NCBI GenBank assembly: GCA_951406725.2
Contig: OX597815.1
Location: 190,030,001 to 190,094,000, forward strand
Origin: Octopus vulgaris
Taxonomy: Eukaryota
Length of the DNA stretch: 64,000 bases
Reading direction: 5' to 3'
Shown in pieces: positions 63,741 through 64,000 of the stretch. The notes beneath the pieces are model-generated. The model had not been told where the DNA came from and did not search any database. It saw only the letters and a list, made by a program, of their open reading frames with translations. The stretch's first letter is position 1, and each line of letters opens with the position of its first letter. A program made the position numbers and the translations under genes.

Positions 63741-64000
63741 CCAGCAGTATCGCCCGGCGTTGCTCGGGTTTGTAAGGGAAATAACTATATAAGCATTTTT
63801 AGAGAATTATAGCCAAAAAATAGCAAAAAAATGCATTAAAAGTGGAAAAAAAATGACGGTAAATTTTTTTTTAAAGCGTTGACTCATCGTAGACATTTTT
63901 AAAGAGTTACTTCCCTTATATAATAGTGAAAAAATGCATTAAAAATGCGGAAAAATTATGGTAAATTTTTTTTTAAATCGTAGACTCATAGTAGATGCGC
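63741..64000 (-). mobile_element. Non-autonomous Helitron 3' part (runs off the window)
   Basis: CTGG|T end and hairpin CCCGAGCAACGCCGGG on the minus strand. Confidence 0.8.

Overview
Eukaryotic, AT-rich, almost entirely repetitive DNA with no intact protein-coding gene; the repeat families (tRNA-derived CORE-like and Nin-domain-like SINEs, R4/Dong and RTE LINE fragments, a Penelope-like element, mariner remnants, Helitron/Helentron-like and hAT-type non-autonomous elements, dense microsatellites) resemble an Octopus-type cephalopod genome (inferred, not verified). Most listed ORFs are microsatellite or SINE artefacts. Main observations: (1) at least five unrelated short elements embedded in (TA)n/(TAA)n tracts carry minimal type I hammerhead-ribozyme-like motifs, one with a compensatory G3-C8 core swap, two of them inside long inverted repeats, and a decayed Penelope-like RT/GIY-YIG element starting at a (TA)n tract is a plausible mobiliser; (2) a 5.3-kb satellite of whole (212 bp) and truncated (126 bp) SINE units in a growing higher-order pattern; (3) a (TAA)n landing pad with stacked co-oriented Dong-type insertions, including an internally deleted Dong; (4) one plausible 108-bp host exon on the + strand. 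All coordinates were counted by eye and ends are approximate.
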